Of a stretch of DNA of 64,000 nt, positions 63,380-64,000 are shown in pieces (the stretch's first letter is position 1; each line of letters opens with the position of its first letter). The DNA comes from Octopus sinensis (Eukaryota): NCBI RefSeq assembly GCF_006345805.1, contig NC_043015.1:12772001-12836000 (forward strand). The letters are read 5' to 3'. The notes under the pieces are model-generated. The model was not told where the DNA came from and searched no databases. It was given only the letters and a program-made list of their open reading frames with translations. The position numbers and the translations under genes were made by a program.

Positions 63380-64000
63380 TGCTCTTAACCTGCCACCAGC
63401 ACAGGTGCCAGTTACGTGACACCACCATCAGCCATGACTATGATTTCACTTGGTTTGACAGGTCTTCTCAAGTACAACATATCGCCAAAGGTCTCAGTCA
63501 CTAGTCATTGCCTCCATGGGGCTCAAAGTTCAAAGATCGTGCTTCACCAGTTCATCCCATGTCTTCCTTGGCTGACCTCTACCACAGGTTCCCTCCACAG
63601 TTAGAGATTGGCACTTCTTTACATAGCTGTCCTCATCCATATGTATCACATGACCACACTAGTACAGTCATCTCTCTTGCACACCACATCTGATGCCTCT
63701 TATGTCTAACTTTTCTCTCAAGATGCTTACACTCTGTCGAACATGCACACTGACATTGCACATCCAGCGAAGCATACTGGCTTCATTTCTTTCAAGCCTA
63801 CGCATGTCCTTGGCTGTTACAGTCCATGTTTCACTGCCGTGTAGTATAGCAGTTTGTACACAGGCATCATCCAATCAGCCTTTCACTCTGAGAGAGAGGT
63901 CCTTTGTTACCAGCAGAGGTAGGAGCTCTCTGAACTTTGCCCAACCTAATCTTATTCTCACAGCTATGCTCTTAGAGCATCCACCTCCACTACTAACTTG
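63380..64000 (-). pseudogene. Older RTE LINE copy (RT C-terminus) running off the window
   Basis: QVSSGGG..KFRELLPLLVTK..LHGSETW..EASMLRWMCNVSV..GRGQPRKTWDELVKHD with several stops; same family as 20303-21442. Confidence 0.88.

Overview
AT-rich, microsatellite-rich animal genomic DNA. The repeat landscape suggests a coleoid cephalopod, probably Octopus; this is an inference, not a database match. The only host gene I can support is a Src42A/FRK-type non-receptor tyrosine kinase on the minus strand. Four in-frame coding exons lie in the window (61716-61837, 2600-2763, 2279-2447, 1-149), and a 58,952-bp intron splits the SH2 domain. Most other recognisable features are transposon-derived: a full-length decayed mariner, TTAA-flanked MITEs, a young non-autonomous Helitron, several RTE LINE subfamilies (one young copy with an open RT ORF carrying an embedded C4HC3 PHD-type finger and a 62-bp hairpin array in its 3' UTR), Rex3-like, CR1-like and R4/Dong-like relics, a Penelope GIY-YIG relic missed by the ORF track, and a modular tRNA-derived SINE system. 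The most unusual signal is a family of fold-back elements (5.4 kb and 40 kb; a degenerate relative at 21.7 kb). Each arm carries an outward-pointing minimal type I hammerhead-ribozyme motif, and the 40-kb copy has tRNA-like B-box heads at its centre, suggesting a Penelope-dependent, retrozyme-like element. Nothing was checked computationally or against databases; coordinates of decayed repeats are approximate.
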